DNA from: an uncultured Clavibacter sp.
Lineage (GTDB): Bacteria; Actinomycetota; Actinomycetes; Nanopelagicales; Nanopelagicaceae
Reading direction: 5' to 3'
Assembly (NCBI GenBank): GCA_964430775.1
Contig: CAYSGG010000001.1
Span: forward strand, 22,162-86,161
Length of the DNA: 64,000 nucleotides
How positions within the stretch are numbered: position 1 is the first letter of the stretch; each line of letters begins with the position of its first letter. Under the pieces are notes generated by a model. The model was not told where the DNA came from, made no database searches, and saw only the letters and a list, made by a program, of their open reading frames with translations. Below are positions 1 through 9,260 of this stretch, in pieces. The position numbers and the translations under genes are program-made.

Positions 1-879
1 GGCAGTGAATGGATTCCGCTTCGCGGTCTACTCAGCAATGAAAACCAATTCTTCGTCGTTGATTCATTGCTTTCAGAGTACGCAGCTATGGGATTTGAAT
101 ATGGATATTCCGTAGAGCGCGAGAATGCACTTGTAATTTGGGAAGCCCAATTTGGTGATTTCGCCAATGGGGCACAGACAATCATCGATGAATTCATCTC
201 ATCATCACTTCAAAAGTGGGGTGAGAGATCCTCTGTGGTCTTGCTACTTCCCCATGGATATGAGGGACAAGGACCTGATCACTCCTCAGGTCGCATCGAG
301 CGCTTCCTAACGCTCTGTGCCGAGAACAACATGACTGTCGCTCAACCATCGTCTGCCGCGTCTTATTTCCACTTGCTACGTTGGCATGTAAAGAATCCAG
401 CTCGTCGACCGCTCATTATTTTCGAACCTAAGTCAATGCTCCGTCTCAAAGCAGCTGCTTCCAGTCTCTCAGACATTACATCCGGAACCTTTAAGCCTGT
501 CATCGGTGATTCCACCGTTACAAACGCTTCACGATTGATTCTCTGTAGTGGAAAGATTTATTGGGAACTTCTTGCTGAACGAGCAAAACTTGGCGACAAC
601 AGCACTGCAATTGTCCGAGTCGAACAGCTCTATCCACTACCTATCTCGGAAATCTTCGCTGAAGTCAGCAAACATCCAAATGCAAATCTTCTCTGGGTAC
701 AAGATGAACCTGCGAATCAGGGTCCATGGCCTTTTGTTTCTGCAAACTTGGCAGAACATCTGGGTGGTCGCGAACTTCGTCGAGTTTCTCGTCGCGCTGC
801 TGCCAGCCCCGCAACTGGAAGTATTTACGTTCACGAAGAAGAGCAGAAGGCTCTTATCGCTGAAGCTTTCTCTCGCTAG
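1..879 (+). CDS. sucA: 2-oxoglutarate dehydrogenase E1 component, C-terminal part (5' end outside window)
   Basis: Frame 1 is open from base 1 (GSEWIPLRGLLSNENQFFVVDS...) and runs into ORF 67..879. E1o C-terminal hallmarks EAQFGDFANGAQ, LLLPHGYEGQGPDHSS, WVQDEPANQGPW. Confidence 0.85.
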   Translation, partial: GSEWIPLRGLLSNENQFFVVDSLLSEYAAMGFEYGYSVERENALVIWEAQFGDFANGAQTIIDEFISSSLQKWGERSSVVLLLPHGYEGQGPDHSSGRIERFLTLCAENNMTVAQPSSAASYFHLLRWHVKNPARRPLIIFEPKSMLRLKAAASSLSDITSGTFKPVIGDSTVTNASRLILCSGKIYWELLAERAKLGDNSTAIVRVEQLYPLPISEIFAEVSKHPNANLLWVQDEPANQGPWPFVSANLAEHLGGRELRRVSRRAAASPATGSIYVHEEEQKALIAEAFSR

Positions 880-1210
880 TTCTTCGTATACGCAATAAAA
901 CTCGTCCCTTAATTTCGTGCGCAGGCACATAACCCCAGCGTCGCGAATCATTCATCCGCTCTTCTGCGCTCGCAATCTTGTTATCTCCCTCGACCCAGTA
1001 AGCACCACTGTGTGACTTCTGAATCCGCTTGATAAAGAGAATCCCTGGCATCTCATCGCGTTCGATGACAACCACGCTACTCAGGGCCAATTCTGTGGAG
1101 ATCCCATCCAGCCATTTCACAAGGAGTATGTCGCCATCGCTGTAGGTGGGCGACATTGATTCTCCCGAGACTTTCACTCGTGAGAAGCCCAAGAAGCCAA
1201 ACTTTCTCAT
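854..1210 (-). CDS. sodX: S26-family signal-peptidase-like protease, probable NiSOD maturation protease
   Basis: 118-aa ORF with an S26-like catalytic Ser context (GESMSPT) and a downstream KRI segment. Lies head-to-head with sodN. Its 3' end overlaps the sucA stop by 26 nt. Confidence 0.7.
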   Translation of the reverse strand: MRKFGFLGFSRVKVSGESMSPTYSDGDILLVKWLDGISTELALSSVVVIERDEMPGILFIKRIQKSHSGAYWVEGDNKIASAEERMNDSRRWGYVPAHEIKGRVLLRIRRTSERKLQR

Positions 1211-1259
1211 GGCGGGTAGTCTTCCACTAATACCTACCTCTGAAGAAGTGAGGACTTTT

Positions 1260-1634
1260 ATGCTTACAGTTCACGCACATTGCGATCTACCTTGCGGTGT
1301 TTACGACCCTGCACAAGCGAAGATTGAAGCGCAGTCAGTTAAGGCATGCATGGAGAAGTACGCAGCCTCGAGTGATGCTGATTTCAAAGCCCGCGCGGTA
1401 TCAATTAAGGAAGCTCGTTCAAATATGGTGAAGGAACACCTCTGGGTGCTCTGGACCGACTACTTCAAGCCAAATCACTTTGAGTCATACCCGCAACTAC
1501 ACGGACTCTTCAATGAAGCAACCAAACTTGCTGGTGCTGCTGGCACAAAAGGCACGGTTGATGTTGCTGTTGCAGATAAGTTGATCTCAAAGATTGATGA
1601 AATCGCCGAGATTTTCTGGGCGACCAAGAAGTAA
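1260..1634 (+). CDS. sodN: nickel-containing superoxide dismutase (NiSOD) precursor
   Basis: Ni-hook motif HCDLPCGVYDP. Start moved from the ORF-track 1146 to ATG 1260, which is preceded by GAGGA, because the longer form would overlap sodX. Predicted propeptide is only MLTVHA. Confidence 0.9.
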   Translation: MLTVHAHCDLPCGVYDPAQAKIEAQSVKACMEKYAASSDADFKARAVSIKEARSNMVKEHLWVLWTDYFKPNHFESYPQLHGLFNEATKLAGAAGTKGTVDVAVADKLISKIDEIAEIFWATKK

Positions 1635-1638
1635 AAGT

Positions 1639-2061
1639 TTAATCTGTCTCTTGCTGAGACATTAGAGCTAACGCAGCGGTCCGCGCAAGGAACGTAACAC
1701 GTTCTACAAGGTTGCGACGCATCACAGATGCCGCAACCAAGCGCGGGCCGTCATGTATTTCGCAAGCAAAAGTTAGAACTCCATCTTCATAGGCAACGAA
1801 TGTGGCAGCTCCTTGGATCTCGGTGCCAATTCCCACAGATTCATGAACCTCTAGTTCAATATCGCTCAAATAAGTTGATTCGCCATTTTCAAGGAACTCT
1901 GCAATCGCAGAATTGCAGGCGCTCTCCATCAACGTAAGAAGGAAACTAGACGAGAGAATCGGCATATCTCCACTGCCGTGCGCCAACGCGGTATCACCCG
2001 GTCGGACCACCATCTGTGAGATTCCGACCGCTCCGAGCGCTGATTCAATCTGCATCGGCAA
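1639..2061 (-). CDS. hotdog-fold thioesterase family protein
   Basis: 140 aa. N-terminal pattern VRPGDTALAHGSGDMPILSSSFLLTLMESA is typical of FlK/YbgC-like thioesterases. Confidence 0.55.
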   Translation of the reverse strand: MPMQIESALGAVGISQMVVRPGDTALAHGSGDMPILSSSFLLTLMESACNSAIAEFLENGESTYLSDIELEVHESVGIGTEIQGAATFVAYEDGVLTFACEIHDGPRLVAASVMRRNLVERVTFLARTAALALMSQQETD

Positions 2062-2096
2062 TTAACCTAGCAGTACTGGGCTATTTGTCTTGCGAA

Positions 2097-2474
2097 CTAA
2101 AAGGGGAAATCTCTCCGAATTTCGTGGGAGGTTTCAATCTCAATCTGGGTCTCACCATCGATGGTGATCTCTGTACGTCGATATTGGGTGATGATTTCGG
2201 TCTGGGTGTAACCAGCCATTTCCTCTAGTTGTAGCGCATGTAGTTGATGTGCAATCCGTTCTTGCAGGGTCGATGGAGCAGTTTCGCAGCATGAACGACT
2301 TAAGAGGGTTCGGATGAGATTGAGAGCGCGACGTTCTGTCTCAAGTTGGTTACGGCAATCATCGCACTCCTGTAAGTGGAAGGCTATTTCGTTGAAAGTT
2401 GCGGAATCATCAATCTCGTTGTCTATGAAGAGAACAAGTGATTGGCGACAGTTTTCGCAGGGGATCTGACTCAC
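2097..2474 (-). CDS. rsrA: zinc-associated anti-sigma factor (RsrA/RshA type)
   Basis: ZAS motif H-x3-C-x2-C (HLQECDDC) plus N-terminal CENC. GTG start overlaps the stop of the upstream ECF sigma gene (GTGA). Confidence 0.8.
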   Translation of the reverse strand: MSQIPCENCRQSLVLFIDNEIDDSATFNEIAFHLQECDDCRNQLETERRALNLIRTLLSRSCCETAPSTLQERIAHQLHALQLEEMAGYTQTEIITQYRRTEITIDGETQIEIETSHEIRRDFPF

Positions 2475-3133
2475 TTTGCTCCCCCTTTCACATATCCACG
2501 CTCGCGCGCGTAATCAGTCAACTTTTCACGGAGTTGCTTACGACCGCGGTGTAGTCGTGACATCACAGTGCCGGCAGGGACTCCAACAATTTCTGCGATC
2601 TCCTTATAGGAGAATCCTTCAACGTCTGCGAGATAGACCGCCATGCGAAACTCTTCGGGAATTTCTGCCAACGCATTTTTAATATCACTATCGGGAAGAT
2701 TCTCTAGTACGACATCTTCCGTGGATTTACCTTGATCACTGGTGTGCGATGACGCTTCTGCAATCTGCCAATCTTCCAACTCAGAATCTGAAGTCTGAGG
2801 TCTGCGCTGATCTTTGCGATAGGTGTTGATAAATGTGGTGGTCAAAACTCGATAAAGCCAAGCTTTGAGATTGGTTCCGGGCTCGAATTGGTGGAAAGAG
2901 TTATAAGCCTTGATATAGGTGTCTTGAACTAAATCTTGAGCATCTTCCGGATTCTTGGTGTAACGCATGGCGGCTGCGTAGAGCTGATTCATGTATTGCA
3001 ACGCATCTCGCTCAAAACGCTTCGTGCGTTCAGCAGCGCTCTCTTTTTCGCGATCAACGCGAACTAATTCTCCAGCGCTACTGGAATCGGGGGTAGAAAT
3101 CTCGGTTGGCATCAAATCCAAGGTTATCGCCAC
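2471..3133 (-). CDS. sigH: ECF RNA polymerase sigma factor, SigH/SigR type
   Basis: Sigma-70 region 2 ([14 protein letters not shown]) and region 4 ([23 protein letters not shown]). Coupled to the ZAS anti-sigma gene. Start is GTG 3133 (alternative ATG 3112). Confidence 0.85.
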   Translation of the reverse strand: MAITLDLMPTEISTPDSSSAGELVRVDREKESAAERTKRFERDALQYMNQLYAAAMRYTKNPEDAQDLVQDTYIKAYNSFHQFEPGTNLKAWLYRVLTTTFINTYRKDQRRPQTSDSELEDWQIAEASSHTSDQGKSTEDVVLENLPDSDIKNALAEIPEEFRMAVYLADVEGFSYKEIAEIVGVPAGTVMSRLHRGRKQLREKLTDYARERGYVKGGAK

Positions 3134-3141
3134 AGCCTTCT

Positions 3142-3167
3142 AACCTGCATCTCATGGGGTTTATTCC
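3142..3167 (-). promoter_or_regulatory. SigR/SigH-type promoter GGAAT-N18-GTT upstream of sigH (autoregulatory)
   Basis: Minus strand reads GGAAT(3167-3163)-aaaccccatgagatgcag(18 nt)-GTT(3144-3142). The GTT lies 8 nt before GTG 3133. Confidence 0.6.
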
Positions 3168-3169
3168 CT

Positions 3170-3877
3170 CTAAAAGAGAGTTTCAGGCTCACCCAATTCG
3201 ATAGGCGCAATCAGCTCCGGGCCATTATTGCGAATTGAGTTGACCAGGTCTGCAACGGGCCAGAACCGTAAGTGGGCATCTGGTTCGGGGAACTGCATCA
3301 ATGCACGGACTTTCTCAACTTCAGTGAAATCTGGATCCATCCACGCTTGCCATCTATCTTGCGGCAAGAAAACAGGCATTCGATTGTGAACTTTTGCGAG
3401 TTCATTCACAGCATCTCGAGTAATAATCGAAACGCTATCTCGAATCTCTCCTTCAGGTGAAATCCAGCGATCAAATATTCCTGCAAATGCCAAAATGTTC
3501 TTATCATCTCGTGAAATGAAGACTGGTTGTTTCGTCTTGTACTGACCGAGCTCTGTAGCCCATTCGTAGTATCCAGATGCAGGAACCAGACAACGTCGAT
3601 TACGAAAAGAGTTTCTAAATGTTGGCTTTTCATGGACTGATTCAGATCTGGCATTGATCGCTTGCGATTGACTACGGAGCGCATCAACAGAATTCTTACT
3701 CCACGGTGCAATCAATCCCCACGATGCAATCTCGATTCGCTCATTCTTAATGATGTAAATATCTTGGGTCGGTTTGATATTCCAGTCGACAGGCAGAGTT
3801 CGGTTAGGTAATGCATTAGTTGAGAACTCCTCAGCTATATCGGTGAGCATCGCTGAGAGGGCAAATCGACCGCACAT
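3170..3877 (-). CDS. SOS response-associated peptidase (SRAP/YedK family, abasic-site processing)
   Basis: N-terminal MCGRF with catalytic Cys2. INARSES and RCLVPASGYYEW motifs. 235 aa. Confidence 0.85.
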   Translation of the reverse strand: MCGRFALSAMLTDIAEEFSTNALPNRTLPVDWNIKPTQDIYIIKNERIEIASWGLIAPWSKNSVDALRSQSQAINARSESVHEKPTFRNSFRNRRCLVPASGYYEWATELGQYKTKQPVFISRDDKNILAFAGIFDRWISPEGEIRDSVSIITRDAVNELAKVHNRMPVFLPQDRWQAWMDPDFTEVEKVRALMQFPEPDAHLRFWPVADLVNSIRNNGPELIAPIELGEPETLF

Positions 3878-3907
3878 GCTCCTAATCTATGACCTAGACT
3901 TGCCCAT

Positions 3908-5203
3908 ATGTCACAGACTCAAGAACTCTGGCGCGCACCATTTCGCGGTGCAACACCAGTCTCTGCGACTCTGACAATTCCGGGCTCTAAATCTGTTACT
4001 AATCGCGCTCTCATCCTCAGTGCGCTGGCCAAAACGCCTTCACAACTCAGGAAACCGTTGCGCTCTCGCGATACCGAATTGATGGTGAAGGGATTGCGTG
4101 CACTAGGAATCAAAATTGACGAGAGCATAGATAACAACGGCGATGAAATTTGGACCGTAACTCCCGCTCCGCTCTTTGGTCCCGCCTCCATCGATGTTGG
4201 AAATGCCGGCACTGTGATGCGTTTTCTTCCTCCACTTGCAGCGCTGGCGCGCGGATTGATTAATTTCGATGGTGATCCACGATCGCACGAACGCCCGCTA
4301 GGTCCCGTTATCTCCGCTCTTGAAGAACTTGGCGTCAGTATCGATCACAAAAACAGATTTGCTCTTCCTTTGACAATCAATGGCTCTGGCTCAATCAAAG
4401 GTGGCATCATTGAAATCGACGCCAGCTCTTCCAGCCAATTTATCTCTGCACTTCTTCTTGTTGGCCCTGCGATGGTCGAAGGAATTACCGTCAAACATAT
4501 CGGTGGATCACTTCCTTCTCAGCCACATATCGACATGACAATTGCAATGCTCAGACAATTTGGTGCTGTGGTCGATGATTCGACTCCCTCACAGTGGAGA
4601 GTCCTTCCAGGAGAATTGCAAGGCCAGGATCTTGTCATCGAACCTGATTTATCTAACGCAGCTCCATTCATGTCTGTTGCTCTTGTTTGTGGAGGAAGTG
4701 TCACCATCAAAGACTGGCCACGTTCGACCACACAACCCGGAGATCAACTTCGCGATATTTTTACTCGGATGGGCGCAACGCTCTCCTTCTCTGATTCAGG
4801 ATTGACGATTACTGGTGGAGACACAATCCATGGAATTGATATCGATCTTCATGATGTCGGTGAACTCACACCTGCAATTGCAGCGGTTGCCGCTCTTGCA
4901 ACATCTCCCTCATCGCTGCGTGGAATCGGCCATCTGCGCCTCCATGAAACTGATCGATTAAGCGCGCTGCGTACCGAACTCAACGCTCTCGGTAGCGATG
5001 TTTCTGAAGAAGAGACCGCGTTACATATCAATCCTCAACCAATGCACGCCGGAACATTTCATACCTATGAAGATCATCGGTTAGCAACGGCTGGTGCTGT
5101 TATCGGTCTTGTTGTCGATGGAGTTCAAGTCGAGAACATCGCCACGACCCGTAAAACTCTCCCTGACTTTCCTGGACTTTGGAGCGCACTTCTCAATGGC
5201 TAG
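3908..5203 (+). CDS. aroA: 3-phosphoshikimate 1-carboxyvinyltransferase (EPSP synthase)
   Basis: 431 aa. LPGSKSVTNRALIL-type N-terminus (IPGSKSVTNRALILSALA), GNAGTVMRFL, HETDRL, DHRLATA motifs. Confidence 0.9.
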   Translation: MSQTQELWRAPFRGATPVSATLTIPGSKSVTNRALILSALAKTPSQLRKPLRSRDTELMVKGLRALGIKIDESIDNNGDEIWTVTPAPLFGPASIDVGNAGTVMRFLPPLAALARGLINFDGDPRSHERPLGPVISALEELGVSIDHKNRFALPLTINGSGSIKGGIIEIDASSSSQFISALLLVGPAMVEGITVKHIGGSLPSQPHIDMTIAMLRQFGAVVDDSTPSQWRVLPGELQGQDLVIEPDLSNAAPFMSVALVCGGSVTIKDWPRSTTQPGDQLRDIFTRMGATLSFSDSGLTITGGDTIHGIDIDLHDVGELTPAIAAVAALATSPSSLRGIGHLRLHETDRLSALRTELNALGSDVSEEETALHINPQPMHAGTFHTYEDHRLATAGAVIGLVVDGVQVENIATTRKTLPDFPGLWSALLNG

Positions 5204-6179
5204 ACGTCGACCTGATGAAAGCGATATTCGGATTCGTCCATCGCGTTCAACACGACCACGTAGCAAAGATCGACCCACCCACGACAATGCAATCGCTGCC
5301 GACGTAGTTACAGTCGATCGTGGTCGAACGCTCTGTCGCACAGAGTCCGGAACATATGTCAGCGCAATGAAAGCGCGAGAGCTTGGAAAGAATTCCGTGG
5401 TGGTTGGTGATCGAGTAAATCTGGTTGGCGACACTTCAGGTGCGGATGGATCTTTAGCTCGTATTGTTGCTGTCCAACCACGTCGCAATTCACTTTCTCG
5501 CACTATTGATGATGTGGGAGCATTTGAGAAAACCATTGCAGCAAATATCGATCAGATGATGATTGTGGCTGCCTCCGCTAATCCAGAGCCGCGCCATGGT
5601 TTCATCGATAGATGTCTTGCTGTTGCATATGACCAAGGTATTACTCCGATCATCGTGATGACCAAGAGAGATCTAGCAAATCCCCAGGAGTTCTTGACTG
5701 CTTACGATTCTCTCAATGTTTCAAGTATCGCAATTCAACGTGGCGATGACTTGAGTGCGATGCGTGAGATTCTGCAGGGTAAGACCACAGTCTTGATTGG
5801 ACACTCAGGCGTTGGAAAATCCACTCTGGTCAACGCGATTATCGGTGGTGATCCTCGTGCGATTGGCGATGTAAATGACACGACGGGACGCGGACGTCAC
5901 ACTTCTTCCAGTGCAATTGCATTTGATCTTCCTGAGAGTACCGGCACGATTATTGATACTCCCGGAGTTCGTTCCTTTGGCCTCGAACATATTGATCGAA
6001 ACCGTGTCATTGGCTCCTTTGAAGAGTTGGCAAATGCCATTGCAGGATGCCCCAAAAATTGTTCGCATGATGAAGAGAAATGTGGCCTAAATGACTACAT
6101 TGCAGAACATCCAGAGGCTGCACAGCGCGTTCAAAGCCTCCGTCGACTGCTCTCTTCTAGCACGCAGCCGATAACCTAA
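5196..6179 (+). CDS. rsgA: ribosome small-subunit-dependent GTPase A
   Basis: Circularly permuted GTPase: TKRDL precedes the P-loop GHSGVGKST. C-terminal Cys/His cluster (CPKNCSHDEEKC). ATG 5196 overlaps the aroA stop (ATGGCTAG). The ORF-track start 5094 lies inside aroA. Confidence 0.85.
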   Translation: MARRRPDESDIRIRPSRSTRPRSKDRPTHDNAIAADVVTVDRGRTLCRTESGTYVSAMKARELGKNSVVVGDRVNLVGDTSGADGSLARIVAVQPRRNSLSRTIDDVGAFEKTIAANIDQMMIVAASANPEPRHGFIDRCLAVAYDQGITPIIVMTKRDLANPQEFLTAYDSLNVSSIAIQRGDDLSAMREILQGKTTVLIGHSGVGKSTLVNAIIGGDPRAIGDVNDTTGRGRHTSSSAIAFDLPESTGTIIDTPGVRSFGLEHIDRNRVIGSFEELANAIAGCPKNCSHDEEKCGLNDYIAEHPEAAQRVQSLRRLLSSSTQPIT

Positions 6180-6186
6180 GAGCCTT

Positions 6187-6996
6187 ATGAAATACCCAGG
6201 CGATCTCCTCAGCGATGTCGAGCTACTTAAAGTTCTTGCTGACGCAAGCGATGAAATCTCCTTTGACCGCTTTCATGCTCAAGATCTCTTCATTGAAACA
6301 AAGCCTGATGCAACACCCGTTACAGATGCAGATCGGGCGGTTGAGAAGAAGTTACGTGAAATCTTGGCTGTAGAAAGACCTTCTGATGCAATTGTTGGTG
6401 AAGAATTCGGAAGCTCGCAAGAAATTACACATGGCTCTCGTTATTGGGTGATTGATCCGATTGATGGCACCAAGAACTTTTTACGCGGCGTTCCAATCTG
6501 GGCGACTCTGATTGGCTTAGTTCATCGCGACGAAAATGGAGAGGACCGCGTAATCGCAGGGATGGTTTCTTCCCCTGCACTGTTCCGTCGATGGTATGCG
6601 GCGGAGGGTTTTGGGGCGTTCACCGAAGTTAATGGCGGGCCTGCAACGCAGATCTCGGTATCTCAAGTAAAAAGTCTCAACGATGCATCGCTCTCCTTCT
6701 CAGACCTCGTCGGGTGGGGAGAAAAGCGCGAGCTCTATCTTGCATTTATGGAGCGGGCGTGGAGAGTTAGAGGAATTGGAGATTTTTGGTCACATATGTT
6801 GGTGGCTGAAGGAGCAGTAGACATTGCTGCAGAACCGAGTTTGGCTCTCTGGGATATGGCTGCCGTTGCCATCATCGTCAAGGAAGCAGGTGGGCGCTTT
6901 ACTGATCTCGACAATAATGATGGGCCTTTTGGTAAGAGCGGTGTCTCAACTAATGGCCATCTCCACGAAACATTTATTGGAGCGTTGAAATCATGA
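6187..6996 (+). CDS. hisN: inositol monophosphatase family protein, probable histidinol-phosphatase
   Basis: IMPase motifs WVIDPIDGTKNF and WDMAAVAIIVKEAGG. Size (269 aa) and actinobacterial context fit HisN, but the specificity is inferred. Confidence 0.65.
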   Translation: MKYPGDLLSDVELLKVLADASDEISFDRFHAQDLFIETKPDATPVTDADRAVEKKLREILAVERPSDAIVGEEFGSSQEITHGSRYWVIDPIDGTKNFLRGVPIWATLIGLVHRDENGEDRVIAGMVSSPALFRRWYAAEGFGAFTEVNGGPATQISVSQVKSLNDASLSFSDLVGWGEKRELYLAFMERAWRVRGIGDFWSHMLVAEGAVDIAAEPSLALWDMAAVAIIVKEAGGRFTDLDNNDGPFGKSGVSTNGHLHETFIGALKS

Positions 6997-9260
6997 GCGA
7001 AAGACAGGATTCGGTCCAGGAAGCGCTAGAACAGATCGATCTTTCGATCTCCGGCATGACCTGCTCGTCATGTGTCGCAACTGTTGAGCGATCTCTCAAT
7101 AAAGTTCCCGGAGCGCGAGCCACTGTCAATCTTGCAACCGAGACGGCCCACATCCTGGTGCCGGAAGGAACAGGATCAAAAACTCTCATCGAGGCAGTTT
7201 CAAAAGCGGGGTATTCAGCAAAGCTTCGTAGCGATGAGATGGAGAGTTTCTCGCATAGTAGACGACTTGGATTCCGTGTTTTACTCTCCGCCCTACTCAC
7301 CATTCCGGTAGTTGTATTTTCTATGTGGCATGAACTGCACTTTCGAATAGATGAGTTCATTCTGCAACAACTTGAGAATTTCAATTTGCCCGCCCCTCTT
7401 TATTCTCCAACTGGTTGGCTCGTAATCGGATTGACAGCTCCTGTGGTCTTGATTATTGCCTGGCCAATACATCGCGCTGCACTTCGCAATCTTGCTCATC
7501 CCACAATGGATAACTTAATCTCGCTGGGATCTCTCAGCGCATTCGGTTGGTCGATCTACGCTAATTCAACTGGTGCAGGTGATATCTATGCCGAAGTAGC
7601 AGCATCCGTTGTGACATTTATCGTCCTGGGTCGATATTTTGAATCGCGCGCCAAGAAACGAGCAGGCTCCACGCTGGCACATTTGCTCTCCTTGAATCCC
7701 AAGGAAGTAACAATCTTGCGCGGCAACGAAGAAGTTCGTGCACCAATTCAGAATCTTCAGATTGGAGAACTCTGTGTTGTGCGACCTGGTGATCGAATTC
7801 CAACTGACGGTGTGATTGTTGAAGGTGTCAGCTCGATTGATAACTCTCTCCTAACAGGAGAATCACTCCCTATTGATGTTGCACCAGGAGCGGAAGTAAT
7901 TGCCGGTGCAATCAATAAGAATGGTCGACTAGTAATCCAAGCGCGACGAGTTGGAAATGACACGGAATTAGCGCGCATCACGAAGATGGTTTTGACTGCG
8001 CAAGGCGAGAAAGCTCCAATCCAAAAATTAGCGGATCGCATAAGTAGCGTTTTTGTTCCCATCGTGATGCTACTTTCGATCGCCACCCTTGCGACCTGGC
8101 TTGTACTCGGCAATCCCCTCCAGGATTCAATTCGCGCCGCCGTTGCCTTGCTGGTTATCGCTTGTCCGTGCGCTCTGGGTCTAGCCACTCCTGTGGCGCT
8201 ATTGGTTGCTACCGGCAAAGGCGCATCACAAGGAATCGTCTTGCGGAAAACTGCCTCGCTTGAAATCGCCTCCAAAATCTCCACTGTGGTCTTTGATAAG
8301 ACTGGAACTCTCACAACTGGTGTGATGAAAGTTCAGAACATCACGATTCCTGATCTTGGTAAGGATTCAGCCGGAGTCACCACACATGAACTTTTGATGG
8401 CAGTGCACGCATTGGAGAATGAAAGCTCTCATCCCATCGCCTTAGCGATAACACAACACTTGTCACAACAAGGAATTGCACGTAAGAAAATCTCTGACTT
8501 CATCGATTCTCCAGGCCAAGGAATCGCAGCAAGAGTCACATTCGGAGATCGCGAAATGCCGGTTCTCATTGGAACACCTGAGTCAATTAGACGTGCCACA
8601 ATCTCGCTTCATCCCGAAATCGAGTCAGCAATCTCTGCTGCTCGCTTGCGCGGTAATTCCATTGCAGTCGTTGCTGTTGATGGCATCGCATCTGCGGTAT
8701 TTGAAGTTGGCGATTCACTTCGCAGCGATGCAATTGAGACCATTGCTGCGTTCCATAATCGTCAGATTGAAACTTGGTTGATAACAGGTGACAACGAAGC
8801 CGCAGCCCATCAAATCGCTATTGAGGTTGGCATCCCAACCAAGAATGTGATTGCGCTGGCCTCTCCCGAGAGAAAAATCTCCAAAATTAAAGAGCTGCGC
8901 TCAAGTGGAGAGAAAGTCTTGATGATTGGAGATGGCATCAATGATGCAGCTGCAATCTCAGAGGCGGACCTCAGTATGGCCTTAGGCACCGGAACTGATA
9001 CCGCGATAGCTAGTGCGGACATAACTTTGATCCGTCCGCAATTAGGTACGGCTATCGTGGCATTAAATCTCTCGAAAAATACCCTGAGAATTGTCCGAGG
9101 AAATCTTGGTTGGGCCTTCATCTACAACGTGATTGGAATACCCATCGCTGCACTTGGCTTACTAAGTCCGATGTATGCCGGTGGAGCAATGGCGGCGTCG
9201 AGTCTTTTTGTGGTTCTAAATTCGCTTAGACTCAATCGCGCCACTACGCTCGCGGCGTGA
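6993..9260 (+). CDS. copA: Cu(I)-type heavy-metal translocating P1B ATPase
   Basis: N-terminal HMA domain GMTCSSCV, CPC in TM6 (ACPCALGLATP), DKTGTLT, GDGINDA. P1B-1 signatures YN-x4-P (FIYNVIGIP) and M-x2-SS (MAASS). ATGA overlap with hisN. Confidence 0.85.
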   Translation: MSERQDSVQEALEQIDLSISGMTCSSCVATVERSLNKVPGARATVNLATETAHILVPEGTGSKTLIEAVSKAGYSAKLRSDEMESFSHSRRLGFRVLLSALLTIPVVVFSMWHELHFRIDEFILQQLENFNLPAPLYSPTGWLVIGLTAPVVLIIAWPIHRAALRNLAHPTMDNLISLGSLSAFGWSIYANSTGAGDIYAEVAASVVTFIVLGRYFESRAKKRAGSTLAHLLSLNPKEVTILRGNEEVRAPIQNLQIGELCVVRPGDRIPTDGVIVEGVSSIDNSLLTGESLPIDVAPGAEVIAGAINKNGRLVIQARRVGNDTELARITKMVLTAQGEKAPIQKLADRISSVFVPIVMLLSIATLATWLVLGNPLQDSIRAAVALLVIACPCALGLATPVALLVATGKGASQGIVLRKTASLEIASKISTVVFDKTGTLTTGVMKVQNITIPDLGKDSAGVTTHELLMAVHALENESSHPIALAITQHLSQQGIARKKISDFIDSPGQGIAARVTFGDREMPVLIGTPESIRRATISLHPEIESAISAARLRGNSIAVVAVDGIASAVFEVGDSLRSDAIETIAAFHNRQIETWLITGDNEAAAHQIAIEVGIPTKNVIALASPERKISKIKELRSSGEKVLMIGDGINDAAAISEADLSMALGTGTDTAIASADITLIRPQLGTAIVALNLSKNTLRIVRGNLGWAFIYNVIGIPIAALGLLSPMYAGGAMAASSLFVVLNSLRLNRATTLAA

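Noticed and set aside
1146-1259. Upstream extension of the sodN ORF (a similar extension exists for rsgA at 5094-5195)
   Set aside because: These extensions run through neighbouring genes (the sodX start and the aroA 3' end). Internal ATGs with ribosome-binding sites or stop/start coupling give proteins of canonical length.
7757-8314. Long antisense ORFs inside large genes (7757-8314 in copA, 25815-26264 in typA, 38955-39425 in the ABC permease, 34551-35491 in phoH2, 11602-12165 alternative frame in UPF0182)
   Set aside because: They are shadow ORFs opposite, or out of frame with, strongly supported genes. Their composition is Ser/Arg/Pro-rich and low in complexity, they have no motifs, and they have no independent start signals.
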